Source: Perkinsela sp. CCAP 1560/9
Taxonomy: Eukaryota; Protista; Euglenozoa: Kinetoplastea
NCBI GenBank assembly: GCA_965644495.1
Contig: CBFFSA010000013.1
Span: 62,001 to 126,000, forward strand
Direction of reading: 5' to 3'
Length of the DNA stretch: 64,000 nt
A program made the position numbers and the translations under genes. Positions 21,601 to 32,099 of the stretch are shown here, piece after piece. Each line of letters begins with the position of its first letter. Position 1 is the stretch's first letter. Under the pieces are notes generated by a model. The model saw only the letters and a list, made by a program, of their open reading frames with translations. It searched no databases and was not told the DNA's origin.

Positions 21601-21780
21601 GGCACTGGTCGAGCTCCATTGTGAGCCCCGCTGGTGAGAGGGCCTCGCAAGCTCCACACACCGTAGCGTGAGTCATCCCTGGTGGTGGAACAGAATATAA
21701 CGACTGTTCCACTACTTCTTTGCCCTATTATGCGAATTGAAGTCACGAATGACGGGTCAGGCCACGTAACCTGACAGGTA

Positions 21781-22434
21781 TTGCTCGTCTATCTGCGAGT
21801 GCGGCATCCCTCTGGGAAAGTCTGCGCGCGACTGACAGCCAGTCATGGCCTCGCCCCATCCACGACGTTCGGGCATGCACGCAATCTGCAGATTGTGTTT
21901 CAATTCAGCCAAAAAGATGCAGTATCAATTCGTCTGTATGCCAAAGCACTTCAAGCGAAAGGCGCATTGAAGCCAACGCGGCAGATGATTCCCGTTACCC
22001 CAGTACAAGTCAAGGAACTCCGCCAACGGGTAACCCTATGCGAATCAATCACAATTCTTCTGTGTTGGAAGGCAGCGGCCAGATGGACGGAAACAGCTCA
22101 GCTCACCAAAGATCGCTTCGTAAAGGTCTCATCCACCGCGGTGATAGTGTATTGGGGAAGGAATACAAAGTCCATGAGACTAAATCCGTACCGCTTGTCG
22201 ACGTGCATGACAATAACAGGAACAGGAACGGAAGAGATAGCACAGTATATTCTAACGATGCGAAGTGGCCAAGTCTTGACAAATACAACCGTCAGGGAAA
22301 TGGATCAGGTCATAGGGGAAATTTTGGGTCCGGGTTACGGAACTCACTCCATCAAGAGGGGAGCGGTGACGTACCTGTTTCGACGTACCTATTTCTTTCG
22401 TAGCAAAAAAAGATATAATACTCATATCCCTTAA
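21781..22434 (+). pseudogene. Tyrosine recombinase of a YR retroelement (VIPER/TATE/DIRS-like), C-terminus disrupted
   Basis: W.AAARWTE (catalytic R), TK, YGTHSIKRGAV (HxxR-like); antisense to the host cluster. Confidence 0.75.
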
Positions 22435-22659
22435 TGGCGAAACAATCGAACAAGTAGAATCCCTCACATACTTGGGATCAATAATCAACGAGAATATCAC
22501 CCTCCAAAGTGAAATATCAAACAGAATACGGTGCGCGATGGGGAAACTGACGTCTTTGCAACCTATATGGAAAAACGAATCTTTACCAAATCTGATATCC
22601 TGAAACTGAACACGACATACATGCAAATGATTAGGCGGGCACTCAAACTCCCTTGGATT

Positions 22660-22661
<2 letters not shown>

Positions 22662-22746
<85 letters not shown>
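22662..22746 (+). repeat. (AGAT)n microsatellite, about 21 units
   Basis: Direct reading. Confidence 0.97.
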
Positions 22747-23049
22747 CACCAAAAAAAATCCAAATCATTCCGGATTGCTCCGGATGGTCACTGGCAAGCC
22801 AGACCCATCACAGACAGATTTGGAAGTTCCGAGGCCGACGTCCTCTACCAGTTTCCGCTTGTCCAAGGCGGCACCAACGTGCTGTTGCCAACACGCTGCG
22901 CCGACGAACTGTACGTCACACGGCTTACCCAAGAGGTGTAAGCCGGGTAAGGGAGCTGGTTCCCTGAGGGGAGGGTCCGGGACGGTCCTCCGAGTACTGG
23001 GCCTAGTCGGTTATCAGCCCAGCCTCTTAGAGTGAGGCCGCCAGGAATA

Positions 23050-23131
23050 TTGCGATGAGCGGGTTTGAACTCGCCGTCTGAGCACCATGTGCTTCAAACT
23101 TTGAATTCTTGCCACTCCGCCACCTCCGCCC
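23050..23131 (-). other. Degenerate tRNA-like sequence (A and B boxes, Ser-like with long variable arm)
   Basis: Minus strand TGGCGGAGTGG...TTTGAAG...GAGTTCAAACCCGC; stems do not fold into a full cloverleaf. Confidence 0.3.
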
Positions 23132-23156
23132 TAAAGATAGGGCCCTAAAGATAGAT

Positions 23157-24000
23157 ACACCCCTGTCCAGCTTCATTTACCTCCCCCCTACAGGTCTTGT
23201 ATTTTGTTCGATTTTGGAAATATTTGGTATGGGACTGTTTTTCGACCCAATCGTCTCGAATGCGCTGTCCTTTTCACTCGAGCGACCTTTTTTCTTCCGA
23301 GACCTTAAAAGTTTCGTCGAAAATCCCGTTTTTCTTTTGCCCACCCTAAAAAAATCCAATTTTTTTACATTTTTTCCTTAATGGTCAAGAGATATCGAAA
23401 TTCCTCTCCCAAATCAGCGCATTCCACCGGAAAGGCGAACACTGATCATAGCACGGTACTAGGAACTAAAATCCTTACGTGCTGTAGCTAATGAGCTAAA
23501 AATCTCCAGGAATGGAGTAAGATATTGGGTGCGGCACTTTGAAAAGCACCAACACGGTACCACCCCACCTCGCAAAAAACGTCGTACGGTAGTTACCAAG
23601 CGCTACCGTCGTACGTGTGTCAAGGTGTGCCGCCAATTAAAGAAGCAAAACCCCGAAGGAACGACCATTAGCCACGTTGCACGCGTGGTTACTAGTTCTC
23701 ACGGTGGTTCGCGACAAAGCGTTACCCGAGCCTTAGATTTACAAGGCTACGGGAAAATTCGCAAAGAGCGTGATGTCGGGCTTACCCCTACGCACGTGAA
23801 GAAACGGCTTATTTTTGCGTGTAAACTTCTTAAATGGAGTGATGCGAAGTTAGCACGTATTGTATTCACGGACGAAAAGCTGTTTACTTGTTCCCTCGGT
23901 TCCCGCGAAAACCATTATGTTGATAAAAGGGGGGCGAAAAAATTAAGGCAGTCTCCCAGACAGAAAAAGTTTTTTGGGGGGAAAGGTATCATGGTATTCT
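23157..24000 (+). mobile_element. Truncated Tc1/mariner transposon (left end, HTH, first catalytic D)
   Basis: SLRAVANELKISRNGVRYW HTH, LTPTHVKKRL.FA, IVFTDEKLF; sub-terminal sequence shared with the MITE at 58024-58415. Confidence 0.8.
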
Positions 24001-24228
24001 TTCTCTCCAATTAATGTCCGTCACATGCTTTCCATCTTCACAAATAACACCATCCCACTTACATGCAGCGGTAGATGTGTTCCATGACGGATGTGGATTC
24101 TTGATGCCTGAAATTAATCGTGCAAGTTCGTACTCTTGTGGCAGGCATGCTTCTCTAACTTTTGCAGCTCGTCGAATTTGTGCATTCGAGTCTGTATCAT
24201 CCATTATGTAAAATGTAAACGAAAACAT
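23989..24228 (-). pseudogene. LRR gene 5' fragment, near-copy of the 15768-16550 gene
   Basis: RAAKVREACLPQEYELARLISGIKNPHPSWNTSTAACKWDGVICEDGKHVTDI, then breaks at the Tc1 junction. Confidence 0.85.
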
Positions 24229-24406
24229 CTTTCGATGTATGCATTATGTACTCTACACTGGACCTACCTACATGTTATTTATACCTACGTTATATTTATA
24301 ATTTAAAAAAAAGTCCTTGTAATCAAGGTGAACGCCTGGTTGCAGAATACGTTGGCACTTGAATTATTCACTTTCTTTTTCTTACTCAAGTTAAACCCAA
24401 CATGCA

Positions 24407-25207
24407 CTACCTTGCGGGGTTCATCGTAATATTTGTATTCGTGAGTTCAAGTATCAGTCCTTCTGGCAGAAGCCTTCTATCAAGCACACTACGCAACCCC
24501 ACGTTGTTTTCCAAATCAAGTTGCACCAACGTTCGTGGGAGAACCTCCAACGCGACCTCACCTTCGAAACGGTTATTCCCCAGCATCACCGTACACATCC
24601 CCCTCGGGAGTTTCCCCAAATCCAACGCTCCACGAAAAAAATTATCACTCAGGTCCAGGAATTGCAAACTCTGCGGCAACATCGTAAGATTCACTTCCCC
24701 CTCAAACCGATTCTGGCTGAGCCGCAAGTACGTCATATTCATCGGCAGCGCGTTGAGTTCCGCGGTGCCGTTAAATCGGTTCAGGGCGAGTTTGTACCGT
24801 TGCAACGGTGGTGGCAGTGCGGTGAGATCCACGCCCCCCTCCAGGGCGTTACTCTCCACACAGACGAAATGGAGGCTACAGGGGAGGTGGGCAAAGTGGA
24901 GCGCCCCGGAGAGCCCACGGAAGAACCACACAATCATGGTGAGCGCCCCGCTGGGGTCACAGCGGACCCCGTCCCAGGCACAGGCGGGGGTCGCGGTGTG
25001 CCACGTGGGGTGGGGGTTGTGGAGGTCCGCGGTGAGACGGGCGAGGTGGTACTCCGGAGGGAGGGTGCAGGGGGCGATTTTACCGACCCGGGCCCCGAGG
25101 GTAGGGTGTGGGATCTCGGAGGGTGCGGGAGGGGGGTGGTGGATTTTCCGACGTTTGTAAGGGGGGGAGAGACAGGGGGAGGAGGAGGGGTTGTGGGAGG
25201 AGGACAT
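24407..25207 (-). CDS. Leucine-rich repeat protein with N-terminal NLS-like PPYKRRK
   Basis: RVGKIAPCTLPPEYHLARL..NPHPTW..ACAWDGVRC cap plus LRRs; upstream ORF extension consists of a duplicated fragment and a MITE. Confidence 0.85.
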   Translation of the reverse strand: MSSSHNPSSSPCLSPPYKRRKIHHPPPAPSEIPHPTLGARVGKIAPCTLPPEYHLARLTADLHNPHPTWHTATPACAWDGVRCDPSGALTMIVWFFRGLSGALHFAHLPCSLHFVCVESNALEGGVDLTALPPPLQRYKLALNRFNGTAELNALPMNMTYLRLSQNRFEGEVNLTMLPQSLQFLDLSDNFFRGALDLGKLPRGMCTVMLGNNRFEGEVALEVLPRTLVQLDLENNVGLRSVLDRRLLPEGLILELTNTNITMNPAR

Positions 25208-25269
25208 GTTGTGGGGGGACGAAAGGTGTGGGGAAGAAAAATAGATGGGAGGTGAGAACATGAAGAGGT

Positions 25270-25460
25270 GGGGAGACGGAAAGCCGTTTCCTTCCACGTG
25301 AAATAGAGTAACAGTTGAAGAGCAACAGTTGAGAGTAACAGCCCTAGGAATATTTACCAAATCTAATTTACCGTTTTCTTTCATCTCACCTAAATAATGA
25401 TCCAATACAGCAATATCCCATCGAATTTGAGTTACCTCGCCCTTCGTATTGCATTTGCAA
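25270..25460 (-). pseudogene. Duplicated fragment of the LRR gene at 29243-30958
   Basis: CNTKGEVTQIRWDI..YLGEMKENGKLDLVNIPR nearly identical to 30570-30725. Confidence 0.8.
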
Positions 25461-25543
25461 TATTTGTACATGAACAAGCGAAATGGGAAAATAAAAGCAA
25501 TAATGGCCTTAATTTCGGCCTCTGAAGATGAGCTGACGAAGTA

Positions 25544-25871
25544 CAAGTGCGTGGTGTTATTACGGGACGGTTTAATTACGGGACGGGTATTTAAGGGACG
25601 ATATAGGGATGGGGTCATGCCTTTGTAGTGGGACAAAAGAACTACAACTGTTGCGCCCAAGTCACAGAGCGCCCAAGTTATCAGGCACATATAAAAATGT
25701 ACTTGTCAGATAGGTGAATCAAAAGGAGATATAGAAGGGAAAATACCTAAAAGAAAAAGTACAGTAGGGCCTTGGAAAAAGGAGAATTAAGTGACGGTTA
25801 ATTTCGGGACACTTTGGCCTTGATGGGGGGTGTCCCTTAATTAACCCGTCCCGGAATAAAGCCCCGCACTG
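25544..25871. mobile_element. Tc1/pogo-type MITE
   Basis: ta|CAAGTGCGTGGTGTTATTACGGGACGG ... CCGTCCCGGAATAAAGCCCCGCACTG|ta. Confidence 0.65.
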
Positions 25872-26154
25872 TAAATAATTTTAATATTCAGGCTGCTTTT
25901 CAAAACGATTAAAATTTCGGGGAAAAAAGGAGCGATTGGCCCACGACTGAACACGGGAACACCGTCTAAAATTGACAAGCACAAGCAAAGTTTGGCTTGC
26001 GGACAGTAAACCGTCTATCTGTGTCTAGTATATCTGCGTCTAGTATATAGCTATGTCTAGCTTCGCGGCCCCCATTTTTATCCTTTCACATTATTTTCCA
26101 CGTACCCCCCCTTTAAAAGGGCATTTTGCCCAAAATCGGAGTCCTATTAAACTC

Positions 26155-26965
26155 TATTACTCTCTCACGTGCCGCTGCATCTACACTACGTTCACTGCCT
26201 CACGTGGCAGTGCACTTACTCTCTCACGCGCCACTGCATCTACACTGCGTTCACTGCCTCACGTGGAAGTACACTTACTCTCGCACGTGCCACTGCAGCT
26301 ACAGTGCAGTCACTTACTCTCTCACGCGCCACTGCGTTCACTGCCTCACGTGGCAGTACACTTACTCTTTCACGCCACTGCATCTACACTGCGTTCACTA
26401 CCTCACGTGGCAGTACACTTACTCTCTCAAGTGCCACTGCAGCCACATTGCATTACTGCAGTCAGTTCCTCACGTGGCAGTGCACTTACTCTCGCACGTG
26501 CCACTGCAGCTACACTGCAGTCACTTACTCTCTCACGCGCCACTGCATCTACACTGCGTTCACTGCCTCGCGTGGCAGTACACTTACTCTCTCACGCGCC
26601 ACTGCATCTACACTGCGTTCACTGCCTCACGTGGCAGTACACTTACTCTCGCACGTGCCACTGCAGCTACAGTGCAGTCACTTACTCTCTCACGCGCCAC
26701 TGCGTTCACTGCCTCACGTGGCAGTACACTTACTCTTTCACGCCACTGCATCTACACTGCGTTCACTACCTCACGTGGCAGTACACTTACTCTCTCAAGT
26801 GCCACTGCAGCCACATTGCATTACTGCAGTCAGTTCCTCACGTGGCAGTGCACTTACTCTCGCACGTGCCACTGCAGCTACACTGCAGTCACTTACTCTC
26901 TCACGCGCCACTGTATCTACACTGCGTTCACTGCCTCGCGTGGCAGTACACTTACTCTTTCACGT
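26155..26965 (+). repeat. Complex minisatellite with a 368-bp higher-order period
   Basis: Units CACTTACTCT / GCCACTGCA / ACTGCCTCACGTGGCAGT; 26213 recurs at 26581 and 26441 at 26809. Confidence 0.92.
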
Positions 26966-27184
26966 ACCAATTTTTTTCATAGAGACCCGCTGAGAAAAAT
27001 TGAAATTTCCCAGGAGGGGGCAAGATCAACAACCGCCCCTGTATATACAAAATGCAAACCGCGTTTTTGGTGGCCAGCTGGCCACTTTTTCGAGAAAAAG
27101 TATCTGAAAAAAAAATTTGTTCCGAATTTGATTTTTTGGCGATCTTGAGCAAATATTTTTTTTTTCGATTTTTTTAGTAAAATA

Positions 27185-27257
27185 TCGATGTCGGGAATCG
27201 AACCGCGGACGTTCAGCGTCAAAATGGAGCCCCTTTTGCCAACTGGACTACTCAAAT
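27185..27257 (-). other. tRNA-derived Pol III promoter-like segment (left arm)
   Basis: Minus strand TAGTCCAGTTGG...TTTTGAC...GGTTCGATTCC; acceptor stem not paired. Confidence 0.5.
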
Positions 27258-27758
27258 GACGCTCCTTAGTCAACCAGTTTGTCGTATCGCAGACCTTTGC
27301 ACACGCACTTTGTTCTACGAAAAATGTTCTAAAATTTGGGAAATAAGGTTGTTTTAGTTGATTTTTAGAGTATTTAAGAGTTCATCTAATGACCTACTGC
27401 TACGTTTTGGAATTTTGAAAAATCCCGATCTTATGATTCTTTGGTGATTTTTTTCACTTTTTGGAATTAACCTTAGTAAGCGAGTTAGATACTCCGTATC
27501 TCCCTCAATGACTTTAGAACACAAAGTCTACAATACTGAGTATAAATCTGCTTTACCATTTTTATTTCTGTCAAAAAAACCGAAAAACGAAAACCAAAAG
27601 TCACAAAGGAATAGCAAAAACTTTGAGTACCTGTAGGTTTCTGTGAATCGCTGTGAGTCACTGTAAGTATTTTTTTGCGACGAAAAAGTTTTTTTTCTTA
27701 AAAAAAAGTGCGTGTGCAAAGGTCTGTGATACGACAAACTGGTTGACTAAGGAGCGTC

Positions 27759-27831
27759 ATTTGAGTAGTCCAGTTGGTAAAGGGGTTCCGTTTTGACGCT
27801 GGACGTCCGCGGTTCGATTCCGGACATCGAC
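27759..27831 (+). other. tRNA-derived Pol III promoter-like segment (right arm)
   Basis: TAGTCCAGTTGGT A box, TTTTGAC loop, GGTTCGATTCC B box. Confidence 0.5.
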
Positions 27832-28383
27832 ATTTTACTAACAAAATCGAAAAAAAAAATATTTGCTCAAGATCGCCAAAAAAACAAATTCGGAACAATT
27901 TTTTCAGATTTTTTCTCTCTCGAAAAAGTGGCCAGCTGGCCACCAAAAACACGGTTTGCATTTTGTATATACATAAAGAGAAAAATAATGAGCAGGTCCG
28001 AGTGGTAGTGTGCAGCTACAGTACCCGTGAGAGAGTAAGTGCACTGCCACGTGAGGCAGTGGTTGAACAGTGATGCAGTGCAGCTGCAGTGGCACGTTCG
28101 AGAGTAAGTGCACTGCGGCGTGAGGAAGTGACTGTAGTGATGCAGTGCAGCTGCATCACGTACGTGAAAGAGTAAATGTACTGCCACGTGAGGCAGTGAA
28201 CGCAGTGTAGATACAGTGGCGCGTGAGAGTCAGTGACTGCACTGTAGCTGCAGTGGCACGTGCGAGAGTAGGTGCGGCGTGAGGAAGTGACTGCAGTAAT
28301 GCAATGTAGCCGCAATGGCGCTTGATAGAGTAAGTGTACTGCCACGTGAGACAGTGACTGTATTCCAAATCCAAAAAAAAATC

Positions 28384-28586
28384 CATGTTGTGGATGTGAA
28401 ATGCCATGTTGTGGAAAGGTGGTCAGCTGGCCATCTCGTGGAAGAGTGGCCAGCTGGCCATGTTGTGGAAGGTTGACCAGCTGGCCATGTTGTGGAAGGT
28501 TGACCAGCTGGCCATGTTGTGAAAGAGTGGCCAGCTGGCCATGTTGTTGAAGGGTGGCCAGCTGGCCATGTTGTGAAAGAGTGGCC
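28384..28586 (+). repeat. 27-bp tandem repeat containing the palindrome TGGCCAGCTGGCCA
   Basis: About 7 imperfect units of CAGCTGGCCATGTTGTGGAAGGTTGAC; the same palindrome occurs at 27071 and 27929. Confidence 0.9.
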
Positions 28587-28690
28587 GCCGGGCGGGCCCT
28601 TCAAAAAAAAGATTTCAGAAGCTTGCTTCCTTCAAAATTACCGCCCCCGCGACAGCGGGTCTGCACCGCCTCGAAGGGCCCGCCGTATAT

Positions 28691-28868
28691 CCCAGATTGA
28701 AAGGGGCGAGGGAGATATGAAGCAACAGGCGTGGCAGATTCCCTGCACGAGTTTGTCTCCGAGGTAGCAAGCGCAAAGACGTTTCTCACGCGGGGAGATA
28801 TCATTTCTTTTGAGTGGGAATCTGCCACGTCTGTTGCTTCGTATCTCCCTCGCCCCTTTCAATCTGGG
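28691..28868. mobile_element. MITE/hairpin with ~53-bp TIR (CCC...GGG ends)
   Basis: CCCAGATTGAAAGGGGCGAGGGAGAT... mirrored by ...ATCTCCCTCGCCCCTTTCAATCTGGG. Confidence 0.75.
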
Positions 28869-29242
28869 TTATAACGAAAAAGAAAACTTGTATTAATATT
28901 TATAGAAATTAATGAGAATGTTTAGGCAAAAAGTCCTGATAAATAATCCTGCCTGATGGAAAAGCGTGATTTTTCTGCGATAAGCTATCGCGGAACGTGA
29001 GATCCAATGCCCTCTATCCGAGCTTTTCCTGTTTTTTTCTTCAAAAACATAATTATTTGAAAAACTATAATTTTTTTCGAAAAATTAGGAATGGCATTTA
29101 TAGAAATTAATGAGAAGAGGAGTATTCATTTCAAAGAAAAACTATTTACAAGAGGTGAATTAGATCACGGTGGAGGCAGGATACTTGTTCGAAATAAATA
29201 AATAAAAATCCTCAGACATTCGTTTCCCTATACAAGCTATGT

Positions 29243-30958
29243 TCAGCGATTTCGTACGATTTGAGTTCCGTTAGTATCCAAGTTAATGCTTTCGGGAAGT
29301 AACTTTTCATTCACACATCCTCGGAGTCCGGGGTTGTTATTCAAAAACAAATCATTTATGGACTCTGGCAAAAAACCAAGTTGTACAACCCCTTCGAAAA
29401 AGTTGTTGTTCAGCAGAAGAAACAGTAATCCATCGGGTAAGCTCGTTAGATCCAGGATTCCGGTAAAAGAATTGTAACTTAGATCAAAATGTTCTATATC
29501 TTTTTGTGACAAATTTCGTAGATCTATCGGACCGGAAAAATTATTGTGACCGGCATCAAATTCCGCCAAACGGTCAGGGAGAGCATCGAGATCAAGAGTC
29601 CCGTGGAACTGATTGTGAGCAATTCGAAATTTGAATAGTTGTGTATCTGATATCAGATCTAAGTCCAAAGAACAGGAAAAAGCATTACCACTGAGATCAA
29701 GCTCGTTCATTTCATCTGGAACGTCAAAGAGGTCTATGATCCCAGAAAGTTTATTGTGATCCAACTCAAGCCTAAATAAAGTATCTGGCAAAGTAGAAAA
29801 ATCAACGCTCCCAATAGAGTTGTGAGAGAGAGAAATATAGGTCAAGTTCTCTGGCAGATGCCCAACATCTAATGCTCCGGTAAAATTATTTTGACGGAGT
29901 TCCAACTCGTCAAGCGCGACTGGTAACTGATCTAAATTGAGGACTCCAGTGAATGAATTAATGTTTGCTTTTAATGAAGTCATTGAACCTGGAAGCTCGC
30001 TTAGATTGATTGCGCCCTCAAAACAATTGTTGGATAGATCAAACTCAAACAGTAGAGCAGGCAATGCACTAAAATCTATCTTTCCTGACAGTTTGTTGTC
30101 CGATACCTCGAGAGTACGTAGGCTGTCTGGCAAAGTACTAAGCTCCAATTTTCCTGAAAAGTAGTTACTTGATGCGTCAAAATATTTCAGAGTTTTTGGG
30201 AGCGAACGCAAGTCTAGATAGTTTTCGAATACATTTTCCGATAGTGACACGAGCTGTAATACACTGGGCAGATGAGAGATATCTACGGTACCCGTAAAAG
30301 CATTATTTCCGATATTCAAAAATTTCAGAGACTTTGGCAGTTCGCATAAATTCACAGTCCCTTCGAAGTCATTTTCTTCCAAATTAAGATCGGCTAGATT
30401 GACGGGCAAGTCACTTAAATCTGTGCTGCCGGTAAATGAGTTTTTCATTAGATCGATGGTTGTTAACGTAGAAGGCAAACACGTGAAATCAATTATACCT
30501 ATGAACCTGTTAAGAGTGAGGACTAGCTCAGTGAGATTGGGTGGCAGATATCGTAGATCGGCGGGCGACGAAAAGCCGTTTCCTCTCACGTGAAATATAG
30601 TAACAGTCCTAGGAATATTTACCAAATCCAATTTACCGTTTTCTTTCATCTCACCTAAGTAAAGAACCAACACATCAATATCCCATCGAATTTCAGTTAC
30701 CTCGCCCTTCGTATTGCATTGTATGCCTTTCCACTCGCATGCAGGTGTAGATATTTTCCATGACGAGTGAGGTTCGATTATTTCTGATACTAGTCGTTCA
30801 AGCGCATATTCTTGTGGTAGAATAGAGCCTTGAATCTTCCCGATCCGGGTATTACTGATTTCGCCATGAAATGCCTCAGTACTTGTAGTGCCAGTGTACA
30901 TCTTCCGACGCTTTGTGGGAGGTTGTCGATCATCACATAAATACGAAGCAAGTGTCAT
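29243..30958 (-). CDS. Long leucine-rich repeat protein (about 20 LRRs) with NLS-like PPTKRRK
   Basis: RIGKIQGSILPQEYALERL..PACEWKGIQC cap plus many LPxxLxxLDLSxNxFxGxLD repeats. Confidence 0.92.
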   Translation of the reverse strand: MTLASYLCDDRQPPTKRRKMYTGTTSTEAFHGEISNTRIGKIQGSILPQEYALERLVSEIIEPHSSWKISTPACEWKGIQCNTKGEVTEIRWDIDVLVLYLGEMKENGKLDLVNIPRTVTIFHVRGNGFSSPADLRYLPPNLTELVLTLNRFIGIIDFTCLPSTLTTIDLMKNSFTGSTDLSDLPVNLADLNLEENDFEGTVNLCELPKSLKFLNIGNNAFTGTVDISHLPSVLQLVSLSENVFENYLDLRSLPKTLKYFDASSNYFSGKLELSTLPDSLRTLEVSDNKLSGKIDFSALPALLFEFDLSNNCFEGAINLSELPGSMTSLKANINSFTGVLNLDQLPVALDELELRQNNFTGALDVGHLPENLTYISLSHNSIGSVDFSTLPDTLFRLELDHNKLSGIIDLFDVPDEMNELDLSGNAFSCSLDLDLISDTQLFKFRIAHNQFHGTLDLDALPDRLAEFDAGHNNFSGPIDLRNLSQKDIEHFDLSYNSFTGILDLTSLPDGLLFLLLNNNFFEGVVQLGFLPESINDLFLNNNPGLRGCVNEKLLPESINLDTNGTQIVRNR

Positions 30959-31036
30959 GTGTAGCTGAGTAACAAACTCCCTCTCTCTCTTTATGAAGAT
31001 GAATCCAAAAACGCCGTCGGATCAACGATTAAGGAA

Positions 31037-32025
31037 ATTGCGGTGGTTGTATAACTACCGCTCTACCCTCGAGTATTAAAAACAAAGTGAACAAAAACAG
31101 TGAAAATACAAAGAGGAATACAGTAATTTATTATAATTTATTGCGGTGGTTGTAAAACTACCGCTCTACACTCGATTATTGAAAAAAAAGTGAACAAAAA
31201 CAGTGAAAATATAAAGGGGAACACAGTAATATAATAAAAGAAAAAAATATAAAAGGGGGCTCCGGTGGACCAAAACTGAAAAAAAAAATTGAAAAAAATG
31301 GGGGGTCCATGGGGGGGGTCCAGGGGGGGGGTCATGGTCGAGCAAATTTTTTCGAAAAAATTAGCTTTCGAAAAAAAACCGCAGAAAGGGTAGCCGGGGT
31401 CTTGGCGCGCATTTTCCACCCCCCTACCCGGGGGTGACCCCCCCGCGTATCCGCAGGACGGGTCCGCCAAGTTCGGATTTTTTCCGAAAAATTTTTTTGA
31501 AAAAAATTTCAACTTGGCGAAAAAAATGACAAAAAAAATATTTTTCCGAAATCGTTTCCCCTATTGTATTTTGATAGTTTGGGACCTACACTAGCTTTCT
31601 CCGCAGTTGTTTTCGCAAGGTATCACTTCTTCGAACTGTGGTGCGCCCCTCAAAATGACCCATTTTTGACTAAAAAAGGTGAAAAAGTATTTTTCGGACC
31701 TAAAGGGGCATTTTTGTGTCGAAAGAATGGTATGGTTGGAGTCGTATTCTCTACCCAATACGTTCGGTAGGCTTTCATTCATGCCTACGAGTGATTTCCC
31801 ACGCGCAAATGTCGGATTTAGTGCTCTGAGAGCGAAAATACGCGAAAACCACCCCATTTTTACCCGAAATTCGGCTATTTTTGGCTATAATCTTTCCGTT
31901 TTCCAGGACAAATTTTCTTTTTTAGGCTCTTCGTTAAACGCGGTGGTAGTTTTCAACGCGAAGCGCGCAGCATGAGTGAGTCTAAGTTGAAAACAACCAC
32001 CGCGTTTAACGAAGAGCCTAAAAAA
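31037..32025 (-). mobile_element. HINE-like element, full length, with a duplicated terminal segment
   Basis: Hairpin ends at 31037 and 31140; palindrome at 31920-32025. Confidence 0.75.
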
Positions 32026-32099
32026 GAAATAATAGAAGAAAAAAATATAAAAGGGGGCTCCGGTGGACCAAAAACTGAAAAAAATTAAAATGTCCATGG

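Larger units (their letters stand above)
26155..28362. mobile_element. Fold-back element: minisatellite outer arms, ~270-bp inner inverted arms each with a tRNA-like segment, ~400-bp spacer
   Basis: 27041-27311 is the reverse complement of ~27705-27972; the 26155-26965 minisatellite is mirrored at 28020-28362. Confidence 0.8.

Noticed and set aside
26053-27148. Three overlapping long His/Cys/Thr-rich ORFs
   Set aside because: They are by-products of a stop-free minisatellite that is open in all three plus-strand frames.
27759-27831. Functional tRNA-Gln gene
   Set aside because: The acceptor and anticodon stems do not pair; only the A and B boxes are retained.
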